From Chlorokybus atmophyticus (Eukaryota; Plantae; Mesostigma and Chlorokybus algae): 64,000 bases of DNA. The translations under genes and the position numbers were made by a program. The stretch covers positions 355,465-419,464 of the forward strand of contig RHPI01000560.1 in NCBI GenBank assembly GCA_009103225.1, read 5' to 3'. Positions 37,884 to 51,597 of the stretch are shown piece by piece (within the stretch, counting starts at the first letter, position 1; every line of letters starts with the position of its first letter). Under the pieces are notes generated by a model that was given only the letters and a program-made list of their open reading frames with translations, searched no databases and had not been told where the DNA came from.

Positions 37884-39802
37884 ATGGTTGGATTGCGCGT
37901 CATTGTAATATGTACCTACTGTGTTTGCCATTCTTTGTGTGTCCAGTGTGTTATGCTCTTTGCCTGTTATGGTGCATCCAGGGTGTGTCGCAGGCCAGTG
38001 GTCAGCGCGAGGGCCGTATGGCTCGATTGGTTATTTATGCAGTACACGTGGTAACTGCGTCTACACTACCAGTTGTGACAGGGAAATGCTTGTTAGGCTG
38101 GCAGTTTGGGCTCTGTCAGGCAGGTGAATTCACTGTGTTGATATTCTCTGGTCTCTTCACTGCTGTCCATTTGAGTAGCAGCAAGCCCAAGCCTTCAGCA
38201 TTGCTATGTGCAATGCAAAAGGTGGATTTGCAGTGCCGCTCTAGAAACTGTCTGCAGTTGCCTGGCGCAGACATCGCGCTGTGGGCAATAATTACATGCT
38301 ACTCTTTTCATCTGTATACCGGTGTCACGCTGTGCAAGTGGCTCCCTACAGCACAGCCCTTAAATCATTACCTTATTCACATGCAAGCGTTGCTGTCAGT
38401 GTCGCCAGCCTTATAAATAGCTTACATCTGTTGTACACACGAGCAGCATGCACCGCACATCCCGCCGCATCAACAAATAAGCAATGCCATTCATGCGGAC
38501 CCGAACCAATACAAGCCAGCAAGCAAGTAGTGAAGTATGTAGTTATATGTAGTTATATACACTAGAGGGCTGGCAAGAAGTCTAATGCGCATATGCGCAG
38601 GCAGCAACGGCAGAGCGGTGTTGACAGACTGATGACCACGACAACAGCAGGACACACAGCAGGTGACGATGAAACTGCCTGCTAGCAGCCGTCGTCTCAG
38701 CAGCGCGGCTCCAAGATACAATATGGCAGTGGACGATTGACCGAGGATGAAAACACGATGACGTGATGCCACCGCCGCTGTGCAGTGCATTGTTTGTACA
38801 CAACACTCACAATCACACCCGCCTAGCCCGCGTGCACACACGTGTACAGCTGTGTGGCAGGTGATGACTTGCTGCGATGCATGCATGCGTGACTGACGAG
38901 GTTGGGGTGTACTGGTAGTAATGTAAGTAGGGAGGTAGTTGGTAGATCAAGTGTGGTTAGCCCGTTGGTACGGTTCTGTGTATCCCTATGCTGTTGCTTG
39001 TTGCACGCATAGCATATGCACCAGCACTCCCTTGTAATCCTTTATGTATTATGCTATGTGTTGTCCATGCCTGTGCGCATTGCACTTGGGACCGCCTCCA
39101 TGGTTGGATTGTTCGCTGCAAGCGGTTGCCCACAACTACAGCATGACACATGGCGCTACGGTTGTATGTCTGGGTCACAAGCAGGGCCTCCGTGTGTTGT
39201 CACTTAAAAATGCTGCACAAGACATGACCAACATCACGCGCCGACAAGCAAAAAGCAACAACCAAACATCATGCCATCATGATGTTGGCAGCATCCACTG
39301 CCAATGACGCATTCAGTCTGTGCCTCTATGCATAAGGTATACGTCGTAGCGCAAAAAAAGCAATCCAAATGCACAACAAGCACTACCACAAGCAGCAAGC
39401 AAACTAGACACAAAGACAGGCAAAAGCAACACCTCAATTATTACAGAGGCTTTACAACTATGTGCATTACATGCACTATGTGCTCTAGGCGGGGCGCGGC
39501 AGTAGGGTTGAGATGCAGTGGCAAGCAGCAAGCGAGAAGCAACCAACCAACCTGAACACACAGGCATGCATATCTGCCACGTGCAAGCTTGATAACACAT
39601 GCACAACAGAGTCACCAGCCGCACGCACGTGCGAGAAGTCACAAGCGCACCCTGGTGCTGTATGAGCCAGACTACCTGACAATGTGCGCGCTAGCATGCA
39701 TAGTTGTATTACGATGTGCATGCGCATTGTGGTTGTTGTGGTCCTGTGTTGTGCAGTTAGCGCTATGGCTTTGACACTGGGACCTTGTGACCGCTTGCTA
39801 TT

Positions 39803-39804
<2 letters not shown>

Positions 39805-39891
<87 letters not shown>

Positions 39892-40022
39892 NNNNNNNNN
39901 NNNNNNNNNNNNNNNNNNNNNNNNNNNNNNNNNNNNNNNNNNNNNNNNNNNNNNNNNNNNNNNNNNNNNNNNNNNNNNNNNNNNNNNNNNNNNNNNNNNN
40001 NNNNNNNNNNNNNNNNNNNNNN

Positions 40023-40083
<61 letters not shown>
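39805..40083. repeat. (GA)n microsatellite spanning an assembly gap
   Basis: GA run with Ns at 39892-40021. Confidence 0.95.
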
Positions 40084-40086
<3 letters not shown>

Positions 40087-40629
40087 GACAGCCATGAGAT
40101 GTCTTTAGGGGGCTCTCAAGTCACCCAAGTACCTCAGCACTACTTAAGCAAATGTACATGCGTCTCAGTACATCTTCATTTACATGCCGTTCATTGTCAG
40201 CCGTCTCACTCTCACCCAGCACATCACGCATGCACCCCGACAGTCCCCCAGCATTGAATAAACCCTTGAGAAGGACCTTGTCTCGATCGCCGACAACGAT
40301 TGTGACATGTGCAGGAGTGGTTACTACAGATTCCCAAGTGTACAGAAAGCGGAAGCACAATGCAGCATTGCGGTGCGCAATATGTGTACGCCTTGATACC
40401 AGCATCGAGCAGCGATCATGCACAGGCTACTCCCATAGTCTGGTCCTGCCAAAGATGGGAACCTGATTGACACGCAACATCAACCTACACTCCTTGACAC
40501 TGCCACTACACTATCCACATTTGCTTGTGGTGCCGCAACTGCCCAGTGGAGTGTCCAAACCAATGAACAAGCACTGTGTGCACTGTTCAGAATATCGATA
40601 CAAAGGATTTACCAACCAACCACCATGGG

Positions 40630-41300
40630 CTATCGTTTCTTGAACCCATACTTTTTACGCTCATAAAACAAGTCTGTCTTGGCGCTACCCAAGTTGACAA
40701 TCTTCGGGCAACCGTCTCGGTCCTTTTCTTGCTGCGTGCACTCTTTGCAGTAGTATGCGTCGGAGATGCCCTGCCCGCCGCAGATTACACACCGCCCCTG
40801 CACAAACACCACAAAATAACAACACACGAGTCATATGCCGAACAGCCTACAACATGCGGAACGGACAACACGAAGCGCCTGACAAAATAAACAATTTAGA
40901 GTAGAACAATAACAACCACAGCATGCAACAATGCAGCGCTAGATGCATGTTGGAAATAAAGCAAGTTACAAACCTGATATGAGCCGTAATTACATTCGTC
41001 GCAGACTCGCACCAGCGTGCAAGGTCGGACGTATGAGTCGCATATAACGCATTTTCCGTCACCTAGAGCACAAACAGGACACAACTTGGTTGGTGAATTG
41101 CTTACAAGCAAGGCACAGCACGCTGAGTGTAGACTGTGAACGACTACGACTCAGCTGTCACAGACCAACATTGAACGTACAACCCTCTCAAGCCTGCATG
41201 CAAACCGTACTGCTGCGTGCTTACACTTCTCGCACAAGCGGCCGATAGCGATGCCGGGCTGCTTCCGGCACATGATCAAATCCGGATGATGCTTCGCCAT
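40630..41300 (-). CDS. PHF5A: Splicing factor PHF5A/Rds3 (SF3b), 110 aa
   Basis: Exons 41300-41225, 41062-40974 and 40797-40630 sum to 333 nt: [79 protein letters not shown]. Confidence 0.99.
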
Positions 41301-41628
41301 GTTTGCAAAGCCGAAGCAAGCGTCTCCTGCAGTATTTCCTGATCCACCAAACCACCACCACCGCCGCCGTCGCCGTCGCCGCCGCCGCCAACCACAACAA
41401 CCTTAACGCCTTAACAGCGTCTTAACTCTGATTGCAGCCCCAATAAGGCTGATACAATTCTCTTCTATGCTGATATCTTCTCGAAGCTACCGAAATACGT
41501 CAGAGTAGGATTCCTTCTGCCAATTAGGGTTAGGAGCAGCAGCTTGCACTGGGCGTGGGCGTGGGCGTGGCCGCCGTCGTCATTGTCGTCGTTGTCGTGG
41601 TAGCCTGCTAGCTGGCCTGTCATTGGTC

Positions 41629-43204
41629 ATGTTGGCTGCGGCGAGGACGTCGCTGCAGCGTCTAGCCGGGACTCGGCTGTCAGCTGCAGCCGCGCTCAGC
41701 AGCAGGCTCGCTGCTTCCAGCCAAGGTGTGCACAGGTGTCTGTTGGGTTGTATTGCTCCTACAGTTTACTACTATCTGCATGCTGAATCCACCTTTGCAA
41801 TGCGTGTATGATGCACAGCCTCAGGTTCATCTGTCTGCGCTGGTCCTGCGCTCCGCAGCAGCTTCAGCACTGAGTCAACCCCCAGTGACGACGGTGTGTG
41901 CTTTGGCCTTCACATTTGCGCATGCATGTGCTTCGCTGCCTGTCCTTACCTACTCAGCGACAATTCCAACATCCTTCTGACTGCATTGTGCGTTCAGCAC
42001 TGTGTGCACGCACAAGCGTGCATTGCAAGGCTGTCTGCACCGCATAGTTAGGCTCTTTCTCTTTTGCAGGCAGCAAACAGAAGGAGCCTGCTGATGACCT
42101 TGGCGCAAGGCTAGCCAACAGCTTGACATGGGGTTCGGAAAAGAAAGGCAGCCGATGGACGGACTTCCAATCATCACGCAGCAATCAACAGCGCGATGGA
42201 GGTAGAGCTGGCTGCACATAGCATTATCATTGCAATGCAACTGAAACTGACTCCTCGTTCTCTCCTGTTTGTGTGCTGCATTCACAGCAGGTGGAGCATA
42301 CGCGCGGGTTGCTGATGATGATGGTGAGGCGGGTGAAAACAGCGATGAAGGAGGTGAGAGGCGCGCGTATCGGCGAGGGGTTGGTAGCCAGTACCGTGAC
42401 AGGGGTTTCGAGGGTCGTGCGAGCTATCGCGGTGGTGATGACGATGTGGATGCGGAGGACTACGACCCTGATGACTTTGATCCCGCTGTCACGGCTCGGC
42501 GACAGCAAGAGGACTCACAGCTCTACAAGCCGGTGGACTTGATGGACTCGCCGATGTCTGACCTGAGGATGGTGCCGGACCGAGTGTGGTTCCCCACACA
42601 ACAATATGAGCCTGAGGTAGCAGGGTTCATGTGTATACATGTGCAGTGTGTGTAAATCTTGTGCCTTGTGTTCGTGTCTCTCATCCTCGGTCTTGCTCAG
42701 GACCTCAACATTACGACACCGAGGCCGTACTTTGATCGCCTTAGCACAAAGCGGAAAATTCAGTTGCAGCAAGACATGAGGATGGCACAGTCTTACAAGG
42801 TTGGGCTGCCTGATGACTGGTGGACTCCTCCTCTGTGCGCATGAATATGGTTGTTGGTTCACAACAGCAGTGGTTTGTTTGTTTGCTGAGGTGTGTCTTC
42901 GTATGTTCACATGGACTGATTGCTTGTTGCTTCATTATTAGAATGTCCGACTACTCCGCAGTTTTCTTACAGAAGGCGGGAGAATCAGTCCACGACGGCG
43001 GGTAAGCCAATGCATCAACCTCGCTGCATGCGGTGCAAGTGGTTGAGACCATGCTGTTGCTATGTGTAGACCGGTTTGAAAGCCAAGGAGCAACGTGCAG
43101 TGAATCGGAACATAAAGACTGCGCGCATGATGGGCCTCATGCCATTCACTTCGAGGTTCCCAACTTGGTACCGAGCCAGTCCAAGGGAGCGTGAAGAAGA
43201 GTGA
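41629..43204 (+). CDS. RPS18: Mitochondrial ribosomal protein bS18m with presequence and long N-terminal extension
   Basis: Arg/Ala/Ser-rich presequence MLAAARTSLQRLAGTRLS. C-terminal spliced bS18 core SYK|NVRLLRSFLTEGGRISPRRR|TGLKAKEQRAVNRNIKTARMMGLMPF. Confidence 0.88.
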
Positions 43205-43763
43205 ACATATAAGATCTTGCAAGTTGTAAGTCGTGTCTGCCATATGAGTCAGTATGCCATGGCCATGCTCCCTTGTTGAACATGCATTTGAATCGGTGGC
43301 ATGGCTTATTGCACAAATGGCAAGCATGTGTGGAGTGTGCTGCTAGTACTCTCGGTTGCGAGGTGTCGGTTTACATTGAGGAAGGTGTTTGCATCGCCCT
43401 AGTCGCCCATCCTTGAGGATGGGGGTTTGACATTGGGCGTGCATGTCGTCAGGAGGCAATCTCCAAGAAATCATGTACTTAGCGTTGAGGGCACTCTCGC
43501 ACAACTTGCGCACATGATGTAAAGTGCACTTGCCTCTTCTCACTGCTAACAAGTGGCTACGAACGCCTGCACGCCTGGGCTATGAGATGAGATGAGTAAG
43601 AACAATAGCCTTGCTGAACCCATAGCGCCCACAAACCCATTGCTTGAAGGTAGTGCCATTGCAAGTTGAATGCCATGTGGGCAGCTGCCACTTGTGGCCG
43701 CCCCTTTACCTCAGACTTTAGTAAATGGCTAGTGCTGCAAGTGGCTATTGTGACATGGACGCT

Positions 43764-44299
<536 letters not shown>

Positions 44300-45940
44300 T
44301 CTCAATATGGCAGTACCATATCACGCAAATCTTCTTGACCACAAAACATTCGTAAGCAGCACAAGCTGCCTGTTGAGCACAAACATCAAATGACGCAGTC
44401 TCATCCAGGTTGTCACATATGATGCCATCTGCAACAACTATACAGGCATATGGTAGAATAGAGGGGCCAAAACATCCACACAGCCACCACCACCACCACC
44501 AATGCAAGCAGTCCAAATTACCAAGCACAAATAGACCAGGGGGCTGGTGACTACGTACAGAAAATGCGCGACACGTATGCACATGCACGACACATGCAAT
44601 GCACCCAGCATGATGTCAACATGCAGTTCACACTGTTCATGTAGACCACCAGGCTACTATTACTCACTAACTTCACTACCTACTCTACTACTCACACCCC
44701 GTTAGCCATAGCAGTCAGTACATGCATGTAGTACCCTCACATCTGCAGGGAAGTCAGGCGCACACTCCTCAGACATGTACCGACCCACTCGCACGTACGC
44801 CCCTGAGAGGCTTTCCTGTGCAACCGGCAACTACCAAGGCAGACGCAGCGCTCGAATAGCATGCTGAGGTGTGCGTTTGGTTAACGCTTGCAAGTCGATG
44901 ATTATAGAGGTCACACCGTTTGGTGTTGTGTTTGTTGTGTACGGTTGCGCAGGATGGTGGCAATGAGGAATGGTCTAGTATCACTGACATTGGACGCTTG
45001 TATGTCACTGCTGAGAGGCGTGATGTGCAGCTATGTGTCATGATTGATAGCGAACGCTTGTCATTGATAATAGAGTTTGTCACAGGCAGAGCAGACTGAG
45101 ACCGGCTGCAGGCAGCGCCTAGCTGTACCTGAAGAGCAGAGCAGAGGAGCAAGTAGAGGTTAGCCCGGCGCTGCCATGAGTGACAGGCATGTTCATGCTG
45201 AGCCGAATCTGCGCGCATTGCTTTTCACGCACACCGCCAGCTCCTAACTGCCAGCAACCGCACATTGAGCGACTGCGAGAAGTCACAAGCAAAAACGAAA
45301 AAAAAGCTCCTGCTAAAGGGGCAGAGGGGCCATAGACGAGGGTTACACGATGCACTGCCAGGGGACGGCGGAAGTGAGGGTGGGGGTGAAGGGGAATCGG
45401 GGACAGAGGGAGTGGGTGTCCGTTTGCTGTTCATGCTCCTTGCTGCCGTGAAGACCTGCAAGACTGACTAGCTGCTCGTGCATGCAAGTAATTCGGAACT
45501 GCATGTACCAACTTGCATGGCTAACGAGGTGGTAGGAGTAGAGTAGAATAGTGGCATACTTGTGTAGCCCAGTGGTTGACTAAAAAGTGTTCGTAGTGAT
45601 GGCTGCAGCACGATGCTATACAGCTTGTGTGTTCATGGCATGTTCAATGCATGGTCACATGCACGGCGCATCTGATGTACCCAAATGATGCCTCACAACA
45701 ACCAACTTCAACAGAAGCCATGAAGGAATTTGCGACACAACAGCCACTAGAAAGCTCCACATGTTACAGACAACTCTCAGCATCAACTAGTCAGCACCAT
45801 ACATTGCTGACCAAAAGCACGGCAATGGAAGCACACTCATGTTGACCCGTGTGGGGCAGTGACTTGCCTGAGCTGCAGTCTGTGCCAACAGCAATGCGGA
45901 TCAAGGTTGCATTGCCAACTCCCAACACGCATACAGTTTC

Positions 45941-48900
45941 TTAGACGGTGTTCACGCCAGGCCTAGCCACTGCAGTCGGAGAGGGCTCCTTGGAGTCTTC
46001 CAAATCAGGGTCAAACTCTGCGCGTTCAGGCTCTGTTTGAGGTAACAACGTTACGTTGTTTGCGTCCCAGGCTACGCCGCTGTAAGCGCACACGAGCGAC
46101 CACACATATGGGATGAAAAACTCTTCTGGGTGCATTTCCTCTTCATAAGTGAAGCGTAGCTCTGTAAAAGTCTTCATGCCCTCTCCCCGCCAAGACCTGG
46201 TGTTCGCAATGACCACATCCAATACCTGCGTGCACGCACTAGAGTCAGTGGCTCCCAGTGGTAACTCACAGCAATATTGGGCATGCCTGTGCTGTGGTCA
46301 TCTGTCCGCTGCATGTCGACCAACCACAGGTCAAGCTTACAGATCAAGTTGCAACATGAACAGTGACATTACCTTTTCGACAGACCATTCGCCTTTCAGC
46401 TTTGCATCCTCCATGCGAACATTGAAGAAGTCGAGAACCTTTGCAGCAATAGCCAGGGTCATGCAACAAGCAGTGGATAACAGCTCACAGCGTGATGAGG
46501 GCATCATGTCACTCACTGTGTATATGTTGCTCAGAAGCTCAGAGAACCGTGGGTGGTTGCGAAACGGTTCAAAGACTTCTTGCCGGTGCAACAGCGCGTA
46601 AACCAACTGGCAAGGAAAGATTGCTTGTGAGTAATGATCACAGACTATCATTGCTTCGTGGACTCACAGCAGACTTACAACAAGTCCACAATCCGTATTG
46701 AAACAGTGCATTACCTCAGGGTTTCTTGGCAGTGCATATGTCAGTATGGCATTGATGATCTCCAGCACGATACGCAAGAAATCAGTGTAAATGTGGAGCT
46801 CTGTGGGCGGTGCGTCACCAGTGCTGGTAGCCTCAACGGCATTGGAGCCATCGCGCTCTTGCAACCGCTGATATCTGCAGAATACAATACACGCTGAGGC
46901 GCCTATTCCACGGGTGCAGTGCTATCTAGCTTGAAAGAGCGCAGAGCGCTGGCAACAGCAGCCTGTTACAGGCAAAGAAAACATACTTGCGCGAGAGCAT
47001 GTAGAACAAGCTGACAAGGCGCTGTGCGGCGTATGCGTTCAACTGTTGCACATGCGGAGCCATGTTGGCCAAAGCTGCAAGGCAGTTGGTATGAAGGTAA
47101 ACGTCCTGCACGTCAGTAGCCAGGTCAGGGCACATACCAACCCACGGCTGAAGGTTAGACTGGACGTGTGAGCAGATGTGCAGTCTATACCTTGAGTTGT
47201 GATAGGTTGAACTTCACAGTGCGGATTAATACAACCACCATCAACGAGCCCAGCGATATTCTGCTGAGCTGTCGCTCTTTGTACCAGGGCACGGAGTTGA
47301 GCATCAACTTGTGGATGTTCGCATTGAACGATGCGTCTTGGGACAAAATCAAACACACAATGAGGAGCATGTAGATCTGATTAGCGGTTCGGCCCCTGGC
47401 GCTGTACAGCATCTCAAGCAGTGGCATCACCAACGTGTCTAAGTCACCGCGCGCCAGTACATAATCCAGGAATGCACGGTTCCCATGGATCAACACATAG
47501 AACAGCAATGTTGAGCGGTCGTCAATCAGGCACCTGCAACAGAAACCACTGTGAGCAGAAAGCACGAGGGCATACTGCAATAACAAACAACATGCATGTT
47601 TTGCTGTTCCAGTGAGCGACGAGCGAACACTTACTGGCCAAGCTTCTCAAAAAGGGCTAAATATGACAACTGAAATGATCCTGGCGCGCCCTGAGCATGC
47701 TTCTCGGGGTCAGTTCCCTCATCTGCATCACCCAGCATGCATTAGCAGGAAGTTCAGTGGCCAAGTGTAAACACTCAGGCTCATGGTAACTCATGTCACA
47801 GCTGTGCGGCGAAGCACCTGTATCCCTGAAAGTTTCCAATGTTTTGCGAAAGGGATTCCTGTCAATGGTGGTGCCTGGCTGACTGGCCGGTTCTCCCTCA
47901 CTAGCTGCATTCTGGCCAGAGAAGCTGTAGTGCGTGAGGACCAGCAAGAGAAGAAGGCTTGTGTCCGCAAGAGGGCTGAGAGGCAGCTGCTTGACTTGTG
48001 GTTGTTGTGGGGTGGTGAAGTAACTGTACGTGTAGTATGGCAGCAGGAACACGCTTGCTGCAATCGACGCATACCATAAGAAATGCAAAGGGTGAAACAA
48101 ACGAGCCCTTGATTTATTGTGCTGGTGTTGTGATGGTGCTGATACTTACCTACGCGGCCGATGATGCCAGGAGTGTACGGAATGGAGTACAAAGGCATTC
48201 GCGGAGGAGGCTTTTCGCGCGAGATGTAATGCTTAAGAAGCTTCTCTATGACTGCCGGTGCTAAGTCAGCCTGTAAATGGACCAGTAACATAAACAATGA
48301 GACATACAAAGTTGTTAGTAGCATTACAGTGGAGTCAGCTAATTGACGCTGAAGCAAGCTCCATGTGCAACTACCTGCGACATGGCTGACTCCAGGAAGG
48401 GATGGCAAGCAGGGGGCGTTGAGTACAGTTGAGTGGATGACAGCACCAGCATGAGGTTCATCACCTCCACATGCAGAAGATAGGTTCCCTTGCTGCCATC
48501 ATAGCAACGTAATCTTAGCTCCTACATGCAACTACAATGCACTTCATGATGCAAATCTAGTGCTTACTGGACTGGCGCTTTTATGATGAACTCCAGAGTT
48601 GTCTTTACCAGGTTATGAATAAGGTTGCGTGGCTCTACACAAACACAAATGCAGGTTCAGCAACTTCCTACTAAAGACAACAGAGTGCAGAATTAGCAAG
48701 ATTCAGTATACCTTCCAAGTCTGGGGCGCTGTCATTGAATGTGTGCAGATTGATGAAGTTTTCAATGTCACCATGGTCCAGCTGCTCGCAGAGATGTTTG
48801 AGGAACACACGTGACAGAAATACTGAGTTGACAGTGGCGAGATTGACATCGCCCTTAGCAGTTGTCGCCGCCCGGATCATTGAAATCACATGAATCAGAA

Positions 48901-50023
48901 ACTTCCCAAGGTGACCCGTCCTCGGATTGTTGACCACTGCACATTCGAGAGCAGCAGTCAGCAGATTGGCTGCATCAAGTCACCGGTGGCTAAGGACAGC
49001 CCCTCCCCTCTCCCCACCCTACCCCACCCACCCACCAAAAAAAACCACCCACACCCTCCTGGCCGGGGAGGCAATGTTTGATTTCTGCAACTACACTGGC
49101 AATTGCCTTAGTAGGTGATATGCAATAGGTCATTGACAAAATAGGTGATATACAAGTATATGCCAGCCTGTTGCAAGCATAGACAGAAAGGACTCATCAC
49201 AAGTTGCTAGATTGTGTCTGCGCATAGTGCAATCTATGCTTAATACTTTTGCTAAGCAGTAGCTGTCGCAGGTTCTCGTTGTCGAGGTTGATAATGAGAA
49301 GCTGCAGGTACAGGTGTTGTGAAGCCCGTCAGAAATAAGCGGCGAGACAAAGCATGTGAGAGCAGTGCTAGTAACAACTCAAGTTCAGCTGATGTATTAA
49401 AAGCGGCTCATGTACCTGCTGCTCAATGAATGCCCGTTGTTGTCTTATTGATTGGCCGGGGGGGGGGGGGGGGNNNNNNNNNNNNNNNNNNNNNNNNNNN
49501 NNNNNNNNNNNNNNNNNNNNNNNNNNNNNNNNNNNNNNNNNNNNNNNNNNGGGGGGGGGGAGGGACAATGCAACAATGCATACAGTTGGGTGCAAACGCA
49601 TGTTGACAAACAGTTGGGAGCATGACCAGTGCCTGATCGTGCACTATGTAACTGCATGCTTGTAGTGAGTAATTGGTGGCAACACCCCCATTGTTGACAA
49701 CATCGTTGAAGGGACATTTCAGCGAGGTGCTAACTGTGGCAACCTCATCTTGCAAGCGTTTCATAAACAATGCCACCGCAGCTCAAGCCACACCAAGTGA
49801 GATTGCGGTCAGACTAGCAAGCAACCTGCCACGTACCAAGTTGGCAGCAGGCATCCCTGAGAACATCCTCAACTTCGCTGGGGTTGAGCGATGTCAGCGG
49901 CGTGGAGAATGCAGTCAGCTCCTTCCAGAAAGTGGCATGAAGCTCAACCGGCTGAGATCCCACAAACTTCTGCAGTAGCCACTGGTGATCCGCGAATGCG
50001 GCTTTGCTCTGCTCGACACCCAT
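45941..50023 (-). CDS. DYM: Dymeclin
   Basis: MGVEQS (myristoylation-type Gly2), [150 protein letters not shown]. Confidence 0.95.
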
Positions 50024-51597
50024 TGTTGATGTTGGGGATCTCCCTGAACTGGATCAATCCAGCACCCAAACCACAATTTATTTTAGCTATACACTTCAGC
50101 TAAACGTTCGCACTAGGCTCAGCCGCCCCTGTAACAGAACCAATCGCCTTGTACTTCCCGGCCGATCGCCCCATACCAGAAAGCGCCCACCTACCCAGCA
50201 AGCTAGCGACCAGCAGCAGATCGCTCGCAGCTCCAAGACACCCCCAGCATCAATCTAGTTTGTCAACAATCAGTCAGCCACAACCACTCTCAACAAACCG
50301 CCGCCAACGCCGCCGCCAACACCACTAAGCTGGCCAACCACACTGACGCACACAGCGCAGCACTGCGCAAGTGTAATTTTGTCACACTGCCGATTTCGAC
50401 ACTGCTCAAATGCCAAACTGGCAGCAAAATGCCAGCACAGTTAAGCAGGCGCAAGATCGACCATGGTCAAGTTAAACTAAAAGTTTCGATTGGGCAGTTG
50501 GCCGCGGCAACAAGGAGGGGGTTGCGGTTATGTAACCGTCGTTGGCTGGCTGGCGCGGTTTCAATGCCAAACCAACCGCTGGTTTTGCGGATGAAAGAAC
50601 TGACTGGGACTTGTGCATTCCATTTCTTCAGCTGAGACGGTTGGTTGAGCAAATTAGGGTTGGCTGATTCTGCCGCTGCGGCAGTACCAGCCACAGCGGC
50701 GGCGGCGGGATGGGCGGGATAGCGGCGGCCGCCTTCGGTGTCCTGCGTATTGGTTGCAAAAGACTAAGTCTTGGTGCTTTGTCTCACGGAAGCTGGAGAG
50801 CCATGCGTGCTTCAGCTGGAGGCGTGCAGGTTGGGTTTGGGAGTGCGTTGCATGCCATGTTGGTCAATATGTGAGTCATGCGAGGCACCATATACAATGC
50901 GCAACAGAATGGCACATGCATGACTCATGTATGACTCAGCAATGTTGTGGTCAGTTCTCTTCCAATCACGTTGCCTTGTAGGTGTCTTAAGTTTAGGGCT
51001 GCTTCGAATGTGCAGTAATGTGGCTTGCGGTCTAAGGGGCGCTGTGTAATGCAGTGTGGCAGGTCGTCATCTTGCATGCAACAGAACGGGGCAGTATCAC
51101 CACTTATTTGCGCTCAGCTCAGTTGATCCGTAAACGTTCTCCTGCACTTGCACAGCGGACCAACGCTTGGTGTAGTGTTGCAGCCGCATCGTATCATGTC
51201 ACATGCGGATTTGGAAAGCAGTGAGTAGATTGCCAAGTATGCCATTCTCGAAACCGTGCAACAGCTCGGTTGACGTTGTATGGGTATTCCGTCGCCAATG
51301 ACGCAGCTTACCCTGAGCACATACACAGGCAAAGCCGTGCAAGCTATCATGCAAATGATTGCCAGGAATGCCAGTGGCTGCTAAGAATTGCGTCGTGATT
51401 AATACAGTGCGCTGAGTAGAAATACTTATTTGTAAAAAACTTATCACACATGGTTTATGCGCACACGTTTACACGGACAACACCTGCCAAGCGTTGCTTA
51501 AAGGACCATCTGTTTAAATTGCGCTGCGTCTTGTCACTGGCAGTAGATTGGCTGTGCTGAGTTACGCTACAAATATTCCCGTTGTGCATTATGTTAG

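Noticed and set aside
40121-40423. Protein-looking minus-strand ORF downstream of PHF5A
   Set aside because: Lies where the PHF5A 3' UTR is expected; no recognisable motif and no convincing start or splice sites.
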